Shown: positions 25,346-38,341, counted from the first letter of the stretch. The stretch is 64,000 nt of DNA from an uncultured Gemmatimonadaceae bacterium (GCA_963843845.1 CAWJMB010000002.1:2272001-2336000); one strand, 5' to 3'. The notes: generated by a model not told the origin, from the sequence alone. Translations and numbers: made by a program.

Positions 25346-27002
25346 TCATGGTCGCATGGGCAGCACGATCCCCGTGCGGCGCGCCGTGTCGACGGCGGCG
25401 TCGTACCCCGCGTCGGCGTGGCGCGCGACGCCGATGCCAGGATCGTTCGTCAGGACGCGCTGGAGGCGGTCGCGCATCCGCGGCGTGCCGTCGGCGACGA
25501 TGACCTGCCCCGCGTGCAACGAGTTGCCGATCCCGACGCCGCCGCCGTGGTGGAACGAGACCCACGACGCGCCGCTCGCCGTGTTGAGCAGTGCGTTCAG
25601 GATCGCCCAGTCGGCGATCGCGTCGCTGCCGTCGCGCATCCCTTCGGTCTCGCGGAACGGGGACGCCACGCTCCCCGTGTCCAGATGGTCGCGGCCGATG
25701 ACGACCGGCGCGGAAAGCTCGCCCTGCGCGACGAGATCGTTGATCGCGACGCCGAGCCGCGCGCGGTCGCCCTGGCCGAGCCAGCAGATCCGCGCGGGGA
25801 GCCCCTGGAACTGTATCCGCTCCTGCGCGAGCCTGATCCATCGGCGCAGCGCCTCGTCGTGCGGAAACAGCTCGAGGACCAGGGCGTCGGTGCGGCGGAT
25901 GTCGCGCGGGTCGCCCGAGAGCGCGACCCAGCGAAACGGCCCCTTCCCCTCGCAGAACAGCGGACGCACGTACGCCGGAACGAAGCCAGGGATGTCGAAC
26001 GCGCTCGCGACGCCGGCGTCGTAGGCGACCGTCCGGACGTTGTTCCCGTAGTCGAAGGCGACCGCGCCGGCGCGTCGCATCGCGAGCATCGCCTCGACGT
26101 GCGCAGCGGCAGCGGCGGTCGCGCGCTGCACGTACCCGGCAGGATCACGGACGCGCAGCGCGGCGGCGGCGGCGAGCGACATCCCGTTCGGCACGTAGCC
26201 GTGCAGCATGTCGTGCGCGCTCGTCTGGTCGGTCACGACGTCCGGCGTGACGCCGCGGCGGACGAGCTCGGGCAGCACGTCGGCCGCGTTCGCGATGAGC
26301 GCCACCGAGAGACCGCGCCCCGCCGACTGCGCGTCGCGCAGCCAGCGCAGCGCCTCGTCGAGGTCGTGCGTGAGCCGGTCGCAGTAGCGCGTGTCGATAC
26401 GCTTCTGCGCCCGCGACTCGTCGACCTCGACGCAGAGGATCGCCGCGTCGTTCATCGTCGCCGCGAGCGGCTGCGCGCCGCCCATCCCGCCGAGCCCCGC
26501 CGTGACGACGAGGCGGCCGGCGAGCGACCCGCCGAAGTGCTGGCGCGCGACCGCGGCGAACGTCTCGTACGTGCCCTGCACGATCCCCTGCGAGCCGATG
26601 TAGATCCACGACCCGGCCGTCATCTGCCCGTACATCGTGAGTCCCAGCGCCTCGAGCCGACGGAACTCGTCCCACGTCGCGAAGCGCGGCACCACGTTCG
26701 AGTTCGCGAGCAGCACCCGCGGCGCCTGCTCGTGCGTGCGGAACACCGCGACCGGCTTTCCGCTCTGGATCAGCAGCGTCTCGTCGTCGGCCAACGTCCG
26801 GAGCGCATCGACGATCGCATCGAACGCCTCCCAGCTCCGCGCCGCCCGGCCGGTGCCGCCATAGACGACGAGGTCGTCCGGCCGCTCCGCGACCTCGGGA
26901 TCGAGGTTGTTCATGAGCATGCGGAGCGCCGCTTCCTGCTCCCACCCGCGGCAGGTGAGCGTCGCTCCGCGCGGCGCACGGACCGGCGCGAGGACCGCTC
27001 AT
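25346..27002 (-). CDS. hutU: Urocanate hydratase (frameshift near N-terminus)
   Basis: [62 protein letters not shown]. Confidence 0.98.
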
Positions 27003-28544
27003 GCGCCCGCCTCGCCGGCCGGCAGCACACCGATGAACGCGCGCGCTGCGATCGCCGCGGCGAGCGCCTCGATGTCGGGCGACAGCACGCGGTCGTCGTC
27101 GAGCGCGCGCGACGCGTGCGCGGACGGCGCCGTGCGCATCGCGCAGGGCGCGCGCCGGCCGCAGCGGCGCCCGCAGGTCGATCCCCTGCGCCGCGCACAT
27201 CAGCTCGACGGCGAGCACGCGCCGCACGTTCGCCACGACGCGCCGCAGCTTCACGGCGGCGCCCATCGCCATCGGCACGACGTCCTCCTTGTTGCCGTCG
27301 GTCGGGATGGTGTCGACGCTCGCCGGATGCGAGAGCACTTTGCACTCGCTCGCGAGCGCGGCCGCCGTGACCTGCGCCATCATGAAGCCCGAGTGCACGC
27401 CCGGGTCGGACGCGAGGAATGCCGGCAGCCCGTAGTTGAAGTCCGGGTGCACGACGCGATCGATACGGCGCTCGGAGATCGTCGCGAGGTTCGTGAGCGC
27501 GATCGCGAGCAGGTCGCAGCGCCATGCGCGACCGGCTGCCCGTGGAAGTTGCCGCCGCTCAGCATGGTCGCCGTCGTCGAACACGAGCGGGTTGTCGGTC
27601 GCCGCGTTCAGCTCGCGACCGACGACGTCCTCGGCGAAGCGCAGCGCGTCGCGCACGGCGCCGTGCACCTGCGGCATGCAGCGGAGCGCGTACGCGTCCT
27701 GCACGCGCGGATCGCCGTGGCGGTGCGACTCGCGGATCTCGCTGTCGGCGAGCAGCCCCCGCAGCAACGCGGCGCTCTCCTGCTGCCCTCGCTGCCCGCG
27801 CGCCTCGTGGATGCGCGCGTCGAACGCGACCGGCGTGCCCATGCAGCGCCTCGAGGCTCATCGCGCCGGCGACGTGCGCGGTCTGCCACAGCACGAGCGC
27901 GTCGGCGAGGGCGAGCGACGCGACGGCGGTATGCGCCTGCGTGCCGTTGATGAGCGCGAGCCCTTCCTTCGGGCCGAGCGCGGCGGGAGTCAGTCCGGCG
28001 TCGCGCAGCGCCTCGGCGGCGGCCGCTCGTCCGTGCGGCCCGTGGCAGCATCGCCCTCGCCGATGACCGAGAGCGCGAGGTGCGCGAGCGGCGCGAGATC
28101 GCCGCTCGCGCCGACGCTTCCCTGCTCCGGGACGCGCGGGTAGAGCCGCGCGTTCAGCATCGCCGGCGAGCAGCTCGACGAGCGCCGGGCGCGCGCCCGA
28201 GTGTCCGCGCGCGAGCACGTTGGCGCGCAGCAGCATCATCGCGCGGACTTCGCGCTCCGGCAGCGGCGCGCCGACGCCCGCGGCGTGGCTTCGCACGAGG
28301 TTGCGCTGCAGCTCGGCCAGCCGCTCGCGCGGGATCGCGACCTCGGAGAGCTTGCCGAATCCGGTCGTCACGCCGTAGACGACGTCGTTTCGCTCGACGA
28401 TCGCGTCGACGATCGCGCGGGTGCGGCGTCATCCGCTCCGCCGCGCGCGGTGCGAGGCGCACGGTCGCATGGTCGTCGGCGACGGCGCGCACCGCGTCGA
28501 GCGTCAGCGACGTGCCGTCGATCACGACCTCGGAACTTGTGCAT
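26999..28544 (-). CDS. hutH: Histidine ammonia-lyase (several frameshifts; start approximate)
   Basis: [74 protein letters not shown]. Confidence 0.96.
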
Positions 28545-28595
28545 CGGGGCAGGCTCGAGCGGCACGTGCGGCGAGACGGGGCTGTCGTCAGGAGG

Positions 28596-31500
28596 TCAGA
28601 ACTGCGTGCCCGATCCGCGCAGCGTGCTGCGGTTGTAGTCGAACTTGAGATCGGGCTGCGCCTTGAGCGCGATGAAGAAGTTGAACGCGAAGTTGCCGTT
28701 CGGCGACTGCGTGAACGCGAAGACGGCGCGCCAGTCGTGCAGCTCGCGTTGCAGGCTCACGACGTTGCTCGCGAACTCGCTGCGCACGACGTCGTACGTC
28801 GTGCTCCATTGCGTGCGCCCACTTCGGCGTCAGGTGGAACGACGTGTTCACCTGCAGCGACTTCGTCGGCGGCACGCGGTAGATCGCACCGCCCAACGTC
28901 GAGATGCCCGGTGTCGTCGTCAGCGTCTGCTGCTGCGTGTTCGCTCGCGCGACGCACAGCTCGTAGCCGATCTGGTTCCCGACCTGCCGCAGCGCCTGAC
29001 ACTGCACGGTCGGGTCGATCGTGACGAGGTTGCCGATGATGTCCGGCCGCTGCCGCGCCGACGTGAACGAGAAGCTCGCCTGCCACGACTGTGTCGAGGG
29101 CTGATCGAACGGGGCGTTGCGCGCCCCGCTCCCCGCGACCTGCTGCGCGACCGCCTGACGCGAGAAGAACGCGTCACCGCCGCGGGGGTTGCCGCTCGTC
29201 GTGTTCGGGTTCGCCGGCGAGTTGCCGGCCGGTGTCGATGGCGAGATCCCGAACAGCTTCCCGATCGCCGCGAACAGCGCCGAGTTGCGATCGAGCGAGA
29301 ACGACGCGCTGACGTCGGTGAGGAACGGCTTGAACTGCGCCGTGTCGCTCTGCGGATTGCCGAGGAACAGCGAGTAGTTCGCGCGGAACGCGAGTCCCGG
29401 CACGAGATCCGACTGCGCCGAGTAGCCCCACGTGTTGTCGACGAAGCCGCGCTTGTTGAACAGGCTCTTCCCGACCGAATCCGCGATCACGAAATCGTAG
29501 CTGAGCGACGTGAAGTTGAGCGACAGCAGCCGCACCTTCTTGTCCGCCCCCGCCCCCGCCCCCGTCCCAGCCCCCGCCGACGCCGAGTCGCCGGCCTTTC
29601 GCCGCAGCTTCGCCTCGAGGTTCGACGTCAGTTGCATCGTCACCCGGCTCTGGGGCAGCGCGCCGAGGTAGCCCTGGCGCGTCGAGCCGACCGCGGCGAG
29701 GAAGTCGTCGCTCACGGTCGCCTTCGGCGACATGCTGAACGAGAACACCGGGTTGATCGAGTGGCGGAATCGCTCGACCGGACCGAGGCCGGGCGGGAAC
29801 GCGTAGAGCGTCGGCGCAGCGCTCAGGCCGAACGCCGGCCGGAACGTCTGCGCGACCCAGTTGCCGCCCGTGCGCTCGGTGCGAACGAGCAGGCCGAACG
29901 AGGGGTCCACGTTGGCGAGCGACACGGTCGGGCTCACGTTCCACGTCCCGCGCAGGAAGCTCGGCAGGGAGAACGACACGTTGTAGAACAGATTCGACGT
30001 GAACCCCTGATTGAAGACCCGCGTCTCGCGCGTGGACGTGTCGCGAATGTCGCGGAAGACGACGCGCGTCTGCGGATAGTCCTGGACGTCCTCGGTGAAG
30101 CGGAACCCGTTCGACAGCTGGAAGTCGAAGATCTTCAGCGGCGTGTCGAACGTGATGTTCGTGTTGCGGCGCGACGCCTCGATGCGCCGGTTCACGACGT
30201 TCCCGTTCGCGTCGCGCACGAACAGCGAGTCGAACTGCGTCCCCTGGTCGATGTTGAAGCTCTGCGAGTTCGAGAACGACGCGGTCGGCGTCCAATCCAG
30301 CCACGACGCGAGACTGATGGTCCGCGCCGAGAGGTTCAGGTTCGGGAAGTCCTGATCGACCGTCTCGCGACCGGGGTACTGCTTGCGCGTTCCGCCGGCG
30401 CTGAACTGGAACGGGCCGAAGCGGTCCTGGTAGTTCAGCTGCGAGGTGATCGTCCCCAACACCGCGTTCGGGTTGATCGAATTCTGACGCTGGAGCGTCG
30501 TACTCTTCACCCAGTTGATGTTCGCCGAGACGCGTCGGTTCTGATTGAACGACTGCTCGTGCTGCGCCGAGATCGCCGTGTTGCGCGATCCGTCGCGCTG
30601 CGCGAGATAATTCGCGGAGAGCCGTCCCTGCATGAACCGCGTGATCACGCGGTACTGCGTCTCGGCGTTGAAGCGCAGCCACCCGGGATCGAACGAGTCG
30701 CCGCGCGAGCCGCTCCGCCAGTCGAACCACGCCTGCGCGTCGGCATAGTTCCCGAGGTTGAAGTAGTAGCCCAGGTTCTCGAGCGAGCGGCGGTAGTTCG
30801 AGTTGTTGCGCACCAGTTCCGCGACGCCGAACCTCGGCGAGAGCAGGCCGCTGCGGCGCCCCGAGCGGGTGTCCTGGAACACGAAGGGAAGCCAGAGCAC
30901 CGGGACGTCGCCGATGTAGAGCACGGCGGGGCGCACGACGAGCAGGCTCTTCGTGACGTACTTGATGTCGTTCGCCTTGAAGTGGTAGTGCGGGATGCTG
31001 TCCTGACAGCTCGTGATCGAGCCGCTGTGCGCATAGAAGATCCGCCCTCCCTGCACCGTCGAGTCGGACACGACCGCGCCGGACCGCCCGCTCACGAGCC
31101 ACGTCTCGCCCTGCGTCGCCTGCGTACGGAAGTCGCGGATCGTCCCCGACTGGTTGACGAGGTCGTAGCGGATGCTCGACTGCACGATCACGTCCGCCTG
31201 CGGCGGGTTGCGCAACACGACGCTGTCGCGAACACCGCGGCCGCGGTTCGAGTCGACCGACGCGACGACGATCTGCGTCGAGTCGTTGTAGACGATCGAC
31301 CGCCCGGTGAGCAGCGTCTGGTCCCGCTCGACCGCCGCCGGACGCCCGCCGAGCGAGAGCACGCGCTGGTCGGCGCGATACAGCACCGTGTCACCCTGAT
31401 ACCGGACCGCGCGATAGCCCTCGCGACTGATCAGGGCGTCGTAGATCGAGTCGCCGGCGATCCACGTGACGAGCGCCGTCGACGGTACGCCGCGCGCGGC

Positions 31501-31716
31501 CCCCGGGACGCTGTCGCGGCCGGTGGTGTCGGGCCGCGTCGTGTCGGGGCGCGCGGGCGGCTGCGCGGGGCGCCGTACCGGCGGCAGCGGCACCGTCGTC
31601 GGCGGCGGCGTCTGTGCGACGGCCCCCGTCGCCCCGAGCGACGCGCCGAACGACGCGCCGAGTGCGAGGAGGACCAGACGCCGCAGCGACCGCGCGACGC
31701 GGGCCGCGTCAGGCAA
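28596..31716 (-). CDS. Putative LPS-assembly protein LptD-like outer-membrane beta-barrel (frameshift near C-terminus)
   Basis: Signal peptide, ITSC...PHYHF, VPVLWLPF, RRSGLLSP, GYYF, C-terminal RELHDW; about 1000 aa. Confidence 0.82.
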
Positions 31717-32491
31717 GCGCCGGCTCGTCGGGCGAGGCGATGGCGCGGCTGCGCTGGCGTCGCCGGTAGATCCAGCGCGAGATGACGACGCTCACCTCGA
31801 ACAGCCCGTAGAGCGGGATCGACAGGAGGAACAACGACGTGGGATCGCCGCCCGGCGTGATGAACGCCGCGCCCACGATGCAGAGCACCAGCGCGTGGCG
31901 GCGGTACTTCACGAGGAACATCGGCGTCACGATGCCTAACGCCGTCAGCGCGAGGATGAGGATCGGCAGCTCGAACACGATGCCGAACGCGAGCGACATG
32001 TTGGTCACGAACCCGAAGTACTCGCTCGCCGTGATCATCGGGTCGAGCGACTCGGTCTGGAAGCTCATCAGGAACGCGAGCGTGAACGGCAGCACGACGT
32101 AGTAGGCGAGCGCCACGCCCGCGACGAACAGCGCCGTCGCGCCGATGAGCACCGGGGCGACGAGCCGCTTCTCGTGCGTGTAGAGTGCCGGTGCGAAGAA
32201 CGCCCACGCCTGGTAGAGAATCACCGGCGACGCGAGCACGATCGCGGCGACGAACGACGCGTTCAGGACGATGCTGAACGCCGCGCCGGGGTGCGTGTAC
32301 ACGAGGTTGTGCCCGTGCAGGTACGGTTTCATCGGGGCCTGCAAGAACCCGATCACGTCCACGCGCTGCAGGAGCACGAACGCGACGACGAACGCGACGA
32401 CGAACGCGATGAGGATGTAGAACAGGCGCCACCGCAGCTCCTCGAGGTGATCGAGGAACGGCATCTCGCCCTGCGGCTTCGCCTGGCTCAT
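31709..32491 (-). CDS. tatC: Sec-independent translocase TatC
   Basis: EMPFLDHLEELRWRL, YQAWAFFAPAL..HEKR, FGIVFELP, AAFITP..D. Confidence 0.97.
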   Translation of the reverse strand: MSQAKPQGEMPFLDHLEELRWRLFYILIAFVVAFVVAFVLLQRVDVIGFLQAPMKPYLHGHNLVYTHPGAAFSIVLNASFVAAIVLASPVILYQAWAFFAPALYTHEKRLVAPVLIGATALFVAGVALAYYVVLPFTLAFLMSFQTESLDPMITASEYFGFVTNMSLAFGIVFELPILILALTALGIVTPMFLVKYRRHALVLCIVGAAFITPGGDPTSLFLLSIPLYGLFEVSVVISRWIYRRRQRSRAIASPDEPALA

Positions 32492-32502
32492 CGTCGTGGT
32501 GC

Positions 32503-33289
32503 CTAACGCCGCGGGCAGACGCCGGTCATCGCCGCGCACGCGAGCTCCGCTTCGTCCGACTTCGGGTACCGCTTGCGGAGATCCTGATACAGCGCGCGCG
32601 CCGCCGCGCGTCTTTCCCGCCGACTGCTGGGACTGCGCGCGGCGGTACAACGCCGTCGCCGCGCGCGGGGACGACGGGTAGCGCGTCACGACGGCCGCGT
32701 ACGCGCTGTCGGCAGCCGCCGCGTTGCGCTCCCCGGCGAAGGCCTGGGCGATGTAGAACTGCGCGTCCGCCGCGACATCCGCGGTCGGATAGCGCCTCAA
32801 CAGATCCTCGAACGCGGCGCGCGCCGTTCCGTAACTGCCACGATCGAGCTGCCCGCGCGCGATCTCGTACAGCTGGTTGGGCCCCGGAGCGAGCGTCGTG
32901 TCGCCCGGCGCCACCGCCTGCTGCGCCTCCGTACGCGCCGCCTCGACCGCGCTGCGCAGCTCTTGCAGCCGCCGCTGACTCTGGCCGGTCAGCTCTTCGA
33001 TGATCGTGACCGCCTCGCGCAGTCCCCGCAGCGCCTCACGCGCGTCCCCCTGGAAGCGGCCGAACTGCGACGCCAGCGAGCGGATCGAATCGCTCGACGC
33101 GCTCATCTGCGCGATGATCCGATCGATCTGTGCCGCGCGCGCCGAGTCGCCGATCGCGCGCTCGGCGCGGAGGGCGGTGATGTCGCTCTGGAGAACCCGG
33201 ACGTCGTTGCGGGTCGCGAAGCAGGCGGTGCCGCCGGCCACGAGCACCACGCCTGCGGCGAGCGGCGCGAGACGGCGCGAACGCATCAT
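32503..33289 (-). CDS. cpoB: Tol-Pal-associated CpoB/YbgF-like TPR lipoprotein (frameshift near C-terminus)
   Basis: Lipobox-like TAC, coiled coil, TPRs (LLRRYP..AADAQFYIA, RYPSSPRAATALYR); follows pal. Confidence 0.85.
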
Positions 33290-33918
33290 CGCCCGCCCGG
33301 GGGCAGCATGAGCGGATTCCCACCCGCCGTGATCTCGAACTCGGCGCGGCGGTTGCGCGACCAGCACGACTCGTCCTCCTCGCCGCACGTCGGCCGCTCC
33401 TCGCCGAGGCTCGCGATCTCGACGCGCGAGCCGTCGATGCCGCGCTCGGTGAGGAACGCCTTCACGGCAGACGCGCGCCGCGAGCCGAGCGCGATGTTGT
33501 ACTCGTCGGAGCCGCGGCTGTCGGTGTGGCCGGCGACGCGAAGGCGCACGCTCGGATTCGCCGTGAGCAGCGGGATCTTCGCCTCGAGCACCGCCCGCGA
33601 GTCGTCGCGGATGTCGGACTGGTCGTAATCGAAGTAGACCGTCGCGCTGAGCGCGGCCCGCGCGCGCGCCATGGCGCCCTCACGATCCGCGTTCGCGCGG
33701 GCGATCGAGTCGCGCACGAACTGCTCGCGCTCGCGCGCCCGCCGCGCGGCATCCTCGGCCGCGCGGGCGGCGTTGATGCTGTCGGTGTTCACCGTCGTCG
33801 TGGTCGTCGGCGTCGGCGCAGGCGTCGGCTTCTTCTTGCACGCGGCCAGCGATGCGGACGCGAGCGTCAGGAGCACTGCCGTGCGAGCGGACGGAAGCAG
33901 GCGAGCGATGGTGTGCAT
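33286..33918 (-). CDS. pal: Peptidoglycan-associated lipoprotein Pal (OmpA family)
   Basis: LAAC lipobox, VYFDYD, GHTDSRGSDEYNIALGSRRA, SLGEERP, NRRAEF. Confidence 0.96.
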   Translation of the reverse strand: MHTIARLLPSARTAVLLTLASASLAACKKKPTPAPTPTTTTTVNTDSINAARAAEDAARRAREREQFVRDSIARANADREGAMARARAALSATVYFDYDQSDIRDDSRAVLEAKIPLLTANPSVRLRVAGHTDSRGSDEYNIALGSRRASAVKAFLTERGIDGSRVEIASLGEERPTCGEEDESCWSRNRRAEFEITAGGNPLMLPPGGR

Positions 33919-33990
33919 TGCGAAGTTCTCCGTGATGGTCGAGCGTATCGAGCGCCGGACGTGCTGACGCGGCGAGCGTGGTGCGCCTCG

Positions 33991-35298
33991 CTAGGGCGTG
34001 CGGACGAGTGGCGGGGACCAGGCGGGCATCCGGGCTGCACCACCGCGCGTGAGCTGGCGCGCCGAGCCGGTCTCGGAGTCGATGACCCACAACTGACGAC
34101 TGCCCCCGCGCGTCGACGTGACGACGAGGTGGCGCGCGTCGGGCGCCCACGACGGCTCCTCGTTCGCGCCGTCCGTCGTCAGCCGTCGTGCCGCGCGGTC
34201 GCGCAGTCCCACGTGAAGATCTGAAACCGCCCGCCGACCATCGACTGAAACGCGACGAGCCGGCTGTCAGGCGACCAGTCGGCGTCGGACCGATAGTTCT
34301 GGTCGCTCGAATCGTACGACGTGAACACGTCGACGTCCGCCCCATCCGCGTCGGAAATATATATCTCCGGGTGCCCCGAGCGCCCCGAGGTGAACGCGAT
34401 CCGGCGCCCGTCAGGGCTGAACGACGGCGACACGTTCAACGACCCACGCCCGGCCGTGACGCGCCGCGGCGAGCCACCGGTCCACGGCACGGAATACAGG
34501 TCGACGCCCCCCTCCTCACCGTGCGCGTAGACCACGGTGGCGCCGTCCGGCGAGATCGCCGGCGAGAGATTGACGACGCCGCCTGACGACGAGTGTCCGC
34601 GCCGCGCCGTCGAGCTCTTTCGCGAGGATCGTCTGCTCGCCGCGCTCGGAGAGCGTGGCGAAGACGAACGCCCTACCGGTCGGGTGCCACGCGGGGGACG
34701 TCCACCACGCTCGCTGACCACGCGCGCGTTCTCGCCGTCGCTGTCGACCGCCCAGACGCGGTTGTCCCGCACGAACAGCAGGCGCGTCGCAGCGATGCCG
34801 CGCACGCCGGTCAGCGTGCGCTCGATCTCGTCCGCGGCGGCGTGCACCGCGAGTCGCCACGCGGGCGACGGAGCTGACGGCGGCAGCGCGAAATCCGTCG
34901 CCGTCAGCAGTTGCCGCCGCGCCACGTCGTGAATCGCCACGTGCAGCGCGCCGCTCGCCGTCACCGATCCCTGCAACACCGCCGCGGCGCCGAGCCGCGC
35001 CGCGAGCTCGTAGTTGATGCGGCCATCGGCGCCGACCGGCGCGTCCGCGGCGCTACCCGTGACGACGTTCACGCGGTCGCCATACGTCAGATCGCGCTGC
35101 ACGATCAGCGCGGATCGAGTCCCCGGCCGCGCCGCGCACCGGCAGCACGATCACGCCGGGCTTCGACCCTGCGTCGTAGCTCAGGCGCACGGCGACGCCA
35201 GGGCGCGGCGTCGTGTCGACCTGCGCCGCGAGCCGCGCCGCACCCAGGGCCGTCAGGCACGCGACGACGGTCGCGCGCGTCATAGTCGATCGTTGCAT
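33991..35298 (-). CDS. tolB: TolB beta-propeller protein (frameshifted)
   Basis: PD40 repeats SPAISPDG, SPSFSPDGRRIAFTSGRSG, WSPD, EPSWAPD. Confidence 0.92.
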
Positions 35299-36192
35299 CT
35301 ACCGAAGTACCCGCGGATCGAAACTGAACGTCACCGGCAGCGACGTCGCCCGCGAAGCCGCGCGGCAGCGGCCCGAACGCTCGCGCTGGCTGACGGCCTC
35401 GATCGCGCCCTGCGCCTCGACGTCGAACGTCGTAGCTGCCCGAGCGTCGTACCAGGCGCACGTCGGTGACCGAGCCGTCGCGATGGATGAGGAACGAGAC
35501 GTCGGCGGCGAGCGGTCGCGCGCGGTTCGGCGGCGAGAAACGCAGGGCGACCTGCCGGACGATGTTGTCGAGGTACCCGGGATACGGGAAATCGAGCCCG
35601 GCGAACTTGCACGTTCGCGACGTCTGCGCCGCGCCCCTCCTTCGGGGCCGCCCCCAGCACGCGGAGTCGTCGCTGGACGCGCGCCTGGCTTCCCTGCCGT
35701 CGCGGGCGGCGTGGTCGCCGCCGGCGCGGCTTCGCCCGAGCGGGCGCCGTCGTAGGCGGCGTCGGGGTCGCGCGCCTCGGGGCAGGCGCGGGCTTCGCTG
35801 TCGCGGCTCTCGTCGGCGGCGCGCTCGCCTTCGGCGGCGCCTTCGCGACCGGGGGCGGTGGCGCCTTCGCGGCCGGACGGCGTCGGGGCCGGCGTCGACG
35901 CAGCCCTGCTCGTCGGCGCAGGGGTTGGAGCGGGCGTCGGAGCAGGCGCGTCGGGTTCGGCGCTCACGGTGCCGATCGCGCGAGGGCCCGGCGGCGCAGC
36001 CACGAGGTTCACCCGATAGACGGGCGGTGGCGTGATCCGCTCGCCGCTCCGGCCGGCGACGAGCGCGGCCACCACCGCGCCGTGCAGCAGCGCCGAGGCG
36101 ACGACGCCGCGACCGAGTCGTGCACCGCCGCCCCGGCCGCCGTCGCCGTCGCGCCATCTCGCCTCGTGCGACGCGAACGTCGCGGCGTTCAC
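35299..36192 (-). CDS. TolA/TonB-like protein (frameshifted)
   Basis: TM segment SALLHGAVV, Pro/Ala-rich linker, C-terminal FPYPGYL..FLIHRDGSV..RSG; lies between tolR and tolB. Confidence 0.85.
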   Translation of the reverse strand: MNAATFASHEARWRDGDGGRGGGARLGRGVVASALLHGAVVAALVAGRSGERITPPPVYRVNLVAAPPGPRAIGTVSAEPDAPAPTPAPTPAPTSRAASTPAPTPSGREGATAPGREGAAEGERAADESRDSEARACPEARDPDAAYDGARSGEAAPAATTPPATAGKPGARPATTPRAGGGPEGGARRRRRERASSPGSISRIPGTSTTSSGRSPCVSRRRTARDRSPPTSRSSSIATARSPTCAWYDARAATTFDVEAQGAIEAVSQRERSGRCRAASRATSLPVTFSFDPRVLR

Positions 36193-36600
36193 GCGCCTCC
36201 CTCCGGCTCTGCGACGAGCGCCACGTTCGAGATGCCGCTGTCGTGGATCGCTGCGAGCACGCGCACCACGATGCCGTAAGCCACGCCCTGGTCGGCGCGC
36301 ACGTACACGCCGTCGGCGGCGCGCTTGCGTCGGCGAGCGCCTTGAACGACCCGCGGAACTCGTCGAGCGTGAGCCGCGTCTCGTCGACGTAGATCTCGCC
36401 CGGCCTTCGTGACGCTCACCGTGAGGCCGCTCTTCGGCTCGAGCGGCGCGACGTCCGCGGAGGGCAGCGCACGTCCACACCGCCGGTCATGATGCGGCGC
36501 CGTGATCATGAAGATCACCATGAGCAGCATCATCACGTCGATGAGGCTGACGACGTTGATCTCGGCGTTCAGCGCCATCCGCTCGCGCGCGGCGTCGCAT
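36189..36600 (-). CDS. tolR: TolR/ExbD biopolymer transport protein (frameshifted)
   Basis: EINVVSLIDVMMLLMVIFMITAP; VYVRAD..V.YG. Confidence 0.92.
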
Positions 36601-37344
36601 CAGATCCTCCCGTCGCGCACCAGCAGCGCGATCAGCTCGGAGCCGAACCCTTCGAGCGCGCTGTCGATCCGGTTGAGCCGGGTCGCGAAGATGTTGTACC
36701 CGAACACCGCCGGAATGGCCACGGCGAGCGCCGCCGCCGTCGCCACGAGCGCCTCGGCGACGCCGGGCGCGACCGCCCCGAGGTTGCCGGACCCGTTACG
36801 CGCGATCCCGATGAAACGCCGAGATGACGCCGAGCACGGTGCCGAGCAGTCCGATGAGCGGGCTGACCGAGCCGATCGTCGCGAGCCACGGCACGAACCG
36901 CGACAGCCGGTCGCGCTCGGCGTTCGTCTCCGCGTCGAGCAGCAGTCGCAGCGCCTCGACCTGCGAGCCGCTGCAGCCGCGCCGAACGGTCGCGGCGTCG
37001 CGCCCAGCGCGGGGCGCGTCTCCGTGAGGAAGAGCAGCGCGCGGCGGAACACGTCGGTGAACGGGCTCGACGCCGCCCGATCCGCGGCGTGCTGCGCCGC
37101 GTCGAGCGTCCGCGCGTGCTCGAACTCGCCGCAGGAACGCCTGGCCGGCCGCGTCGACGCGGCGCAGCTCGACCCACTTCGCGAGCATCACGCCCCAGCT
37201 CACGAGCGAGAGCACGGCGAGCAGCACCAGCACCAGGCTTCGTCGGCAGGCGAGCCCGCGGTGATGAGCTCCCACGCATCGGACGGCACCGCGCTGCCGG
37301 CGGCGCCGGCGCGCCGCGGAGCGAGTGCTGCCACGGAGCATCAC
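36600..37344 (-). CDS. tolQ: TolQ/ExbB (MotA family) protein (frameshifted)
   Basis: LATIGSVSPLIGLLGTVLG; VAPGVAEALVATAAAL.VAIPAV. Confidence 0.92.
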
Positions 37345-38326
37345 GCCGGCCAGTCGCCGCGCTGCGCGCGCGCCGCGCGGCGAAGAACTCGAACGTCTCG
37401 CGGAGCCCGTCCGCGAGCGAGACCTCGGGCGACCAGCCGAGCAGCTCGCGCGCCTTGTCGATCACGAGCGCGCTGCGCTGAAGCTCTCCGGCCCGTGCCG
37501 GCGCCCGCTCGATCGGCGTGTCGTCGCCCGACGGCGGCTTGCAGCACGCGGGCGAGCTCGTTCACCGACGTCTCGATCGCCGGTCCCGACGTTGAACGCG
37601 CGCGCGTCGAGCGGCCCGACGGGCGGCAGAGTCGCGCGTCGCCGCCGCGAAGACGGCGCGCGCGACGTCTTTCACGAACACGTAGTCGCGCGTCTGCTCG
37701 CCCGTGCCGAACGTCGTCATCGCGCGGCCGTCGAGGATGCGATTGCAGAAGATCGCGACGACGCCTGCCTCGCCGTGCGGATCCTGCCGCGGACCGTACA
37801 CGTTCGCGAAGCGCATCGCGCAGCACTCCATGCCGTGCTGCCGCGCGTAGTACGCCATGTAGTACTCGACACTGAGCTTCGCGATGCCGTACGGCGACTC
37901 GGGATCCTTCGCGTCGGTCTCACGCGCCGGCGGCGTCACGAAGTCGCCATACAACGCTCCGCCGGTCGATGCGAACACCACGCGCGGCGCGCGGCCGTTC
38001 GCGCTCTGGCGCGCGGCCTCGAGCACGTTCAGCGAGCCGAGGATGTTCTGCCGGGCGTCGAATGCGGGGTCGCTGACGCTCTTGCGCACGTCGATCTGCG
38101 CCGCGAGGTGCGCGACCACGTCGAACGCGCCGTCGCGCACGATCGCCGCGGTCTCGGCGCTGCCGACGTCGAGCTCGTGCACGGTCGCGGCGGCGTTGAC
38201 GTTCTCGCGCCGCCCGCTCGAGAAATTGTCGATGATGGTGACGTCGTAGCCGTCCGCGATGAAGCGATCCGCGACGTGCGATCCGATGAACCCGGCGCCG
38301 CCGGTGACGAGTGCCCGCTTGGTCAT
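37341..38326 (-). CDS. NAD-dependent epimerase/dehydratase (UDP-glucose 4-epimerase-like; frameshifted)
   Basis: LVTGGAGFIGSH, HLAAQIDVRKS, STGGALYG, SPYGIAK, NVYGPRQDPHGEAGVVAIF. Confidence 0.95.
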
Positions 38327-38341
38327 GATATTGAAACGAAG

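Noticed and set aside
31709..33388. Apparent CpoB-TatC fusion ORF (559 aa)
   Set aside because: A frameshift near 32600 moves cpoB into the tatC frame. The alternative frame gives a normal CpoB end (LYQDLRKRYPKSDEA...TAG at 32503) and tatC has its own ATG.
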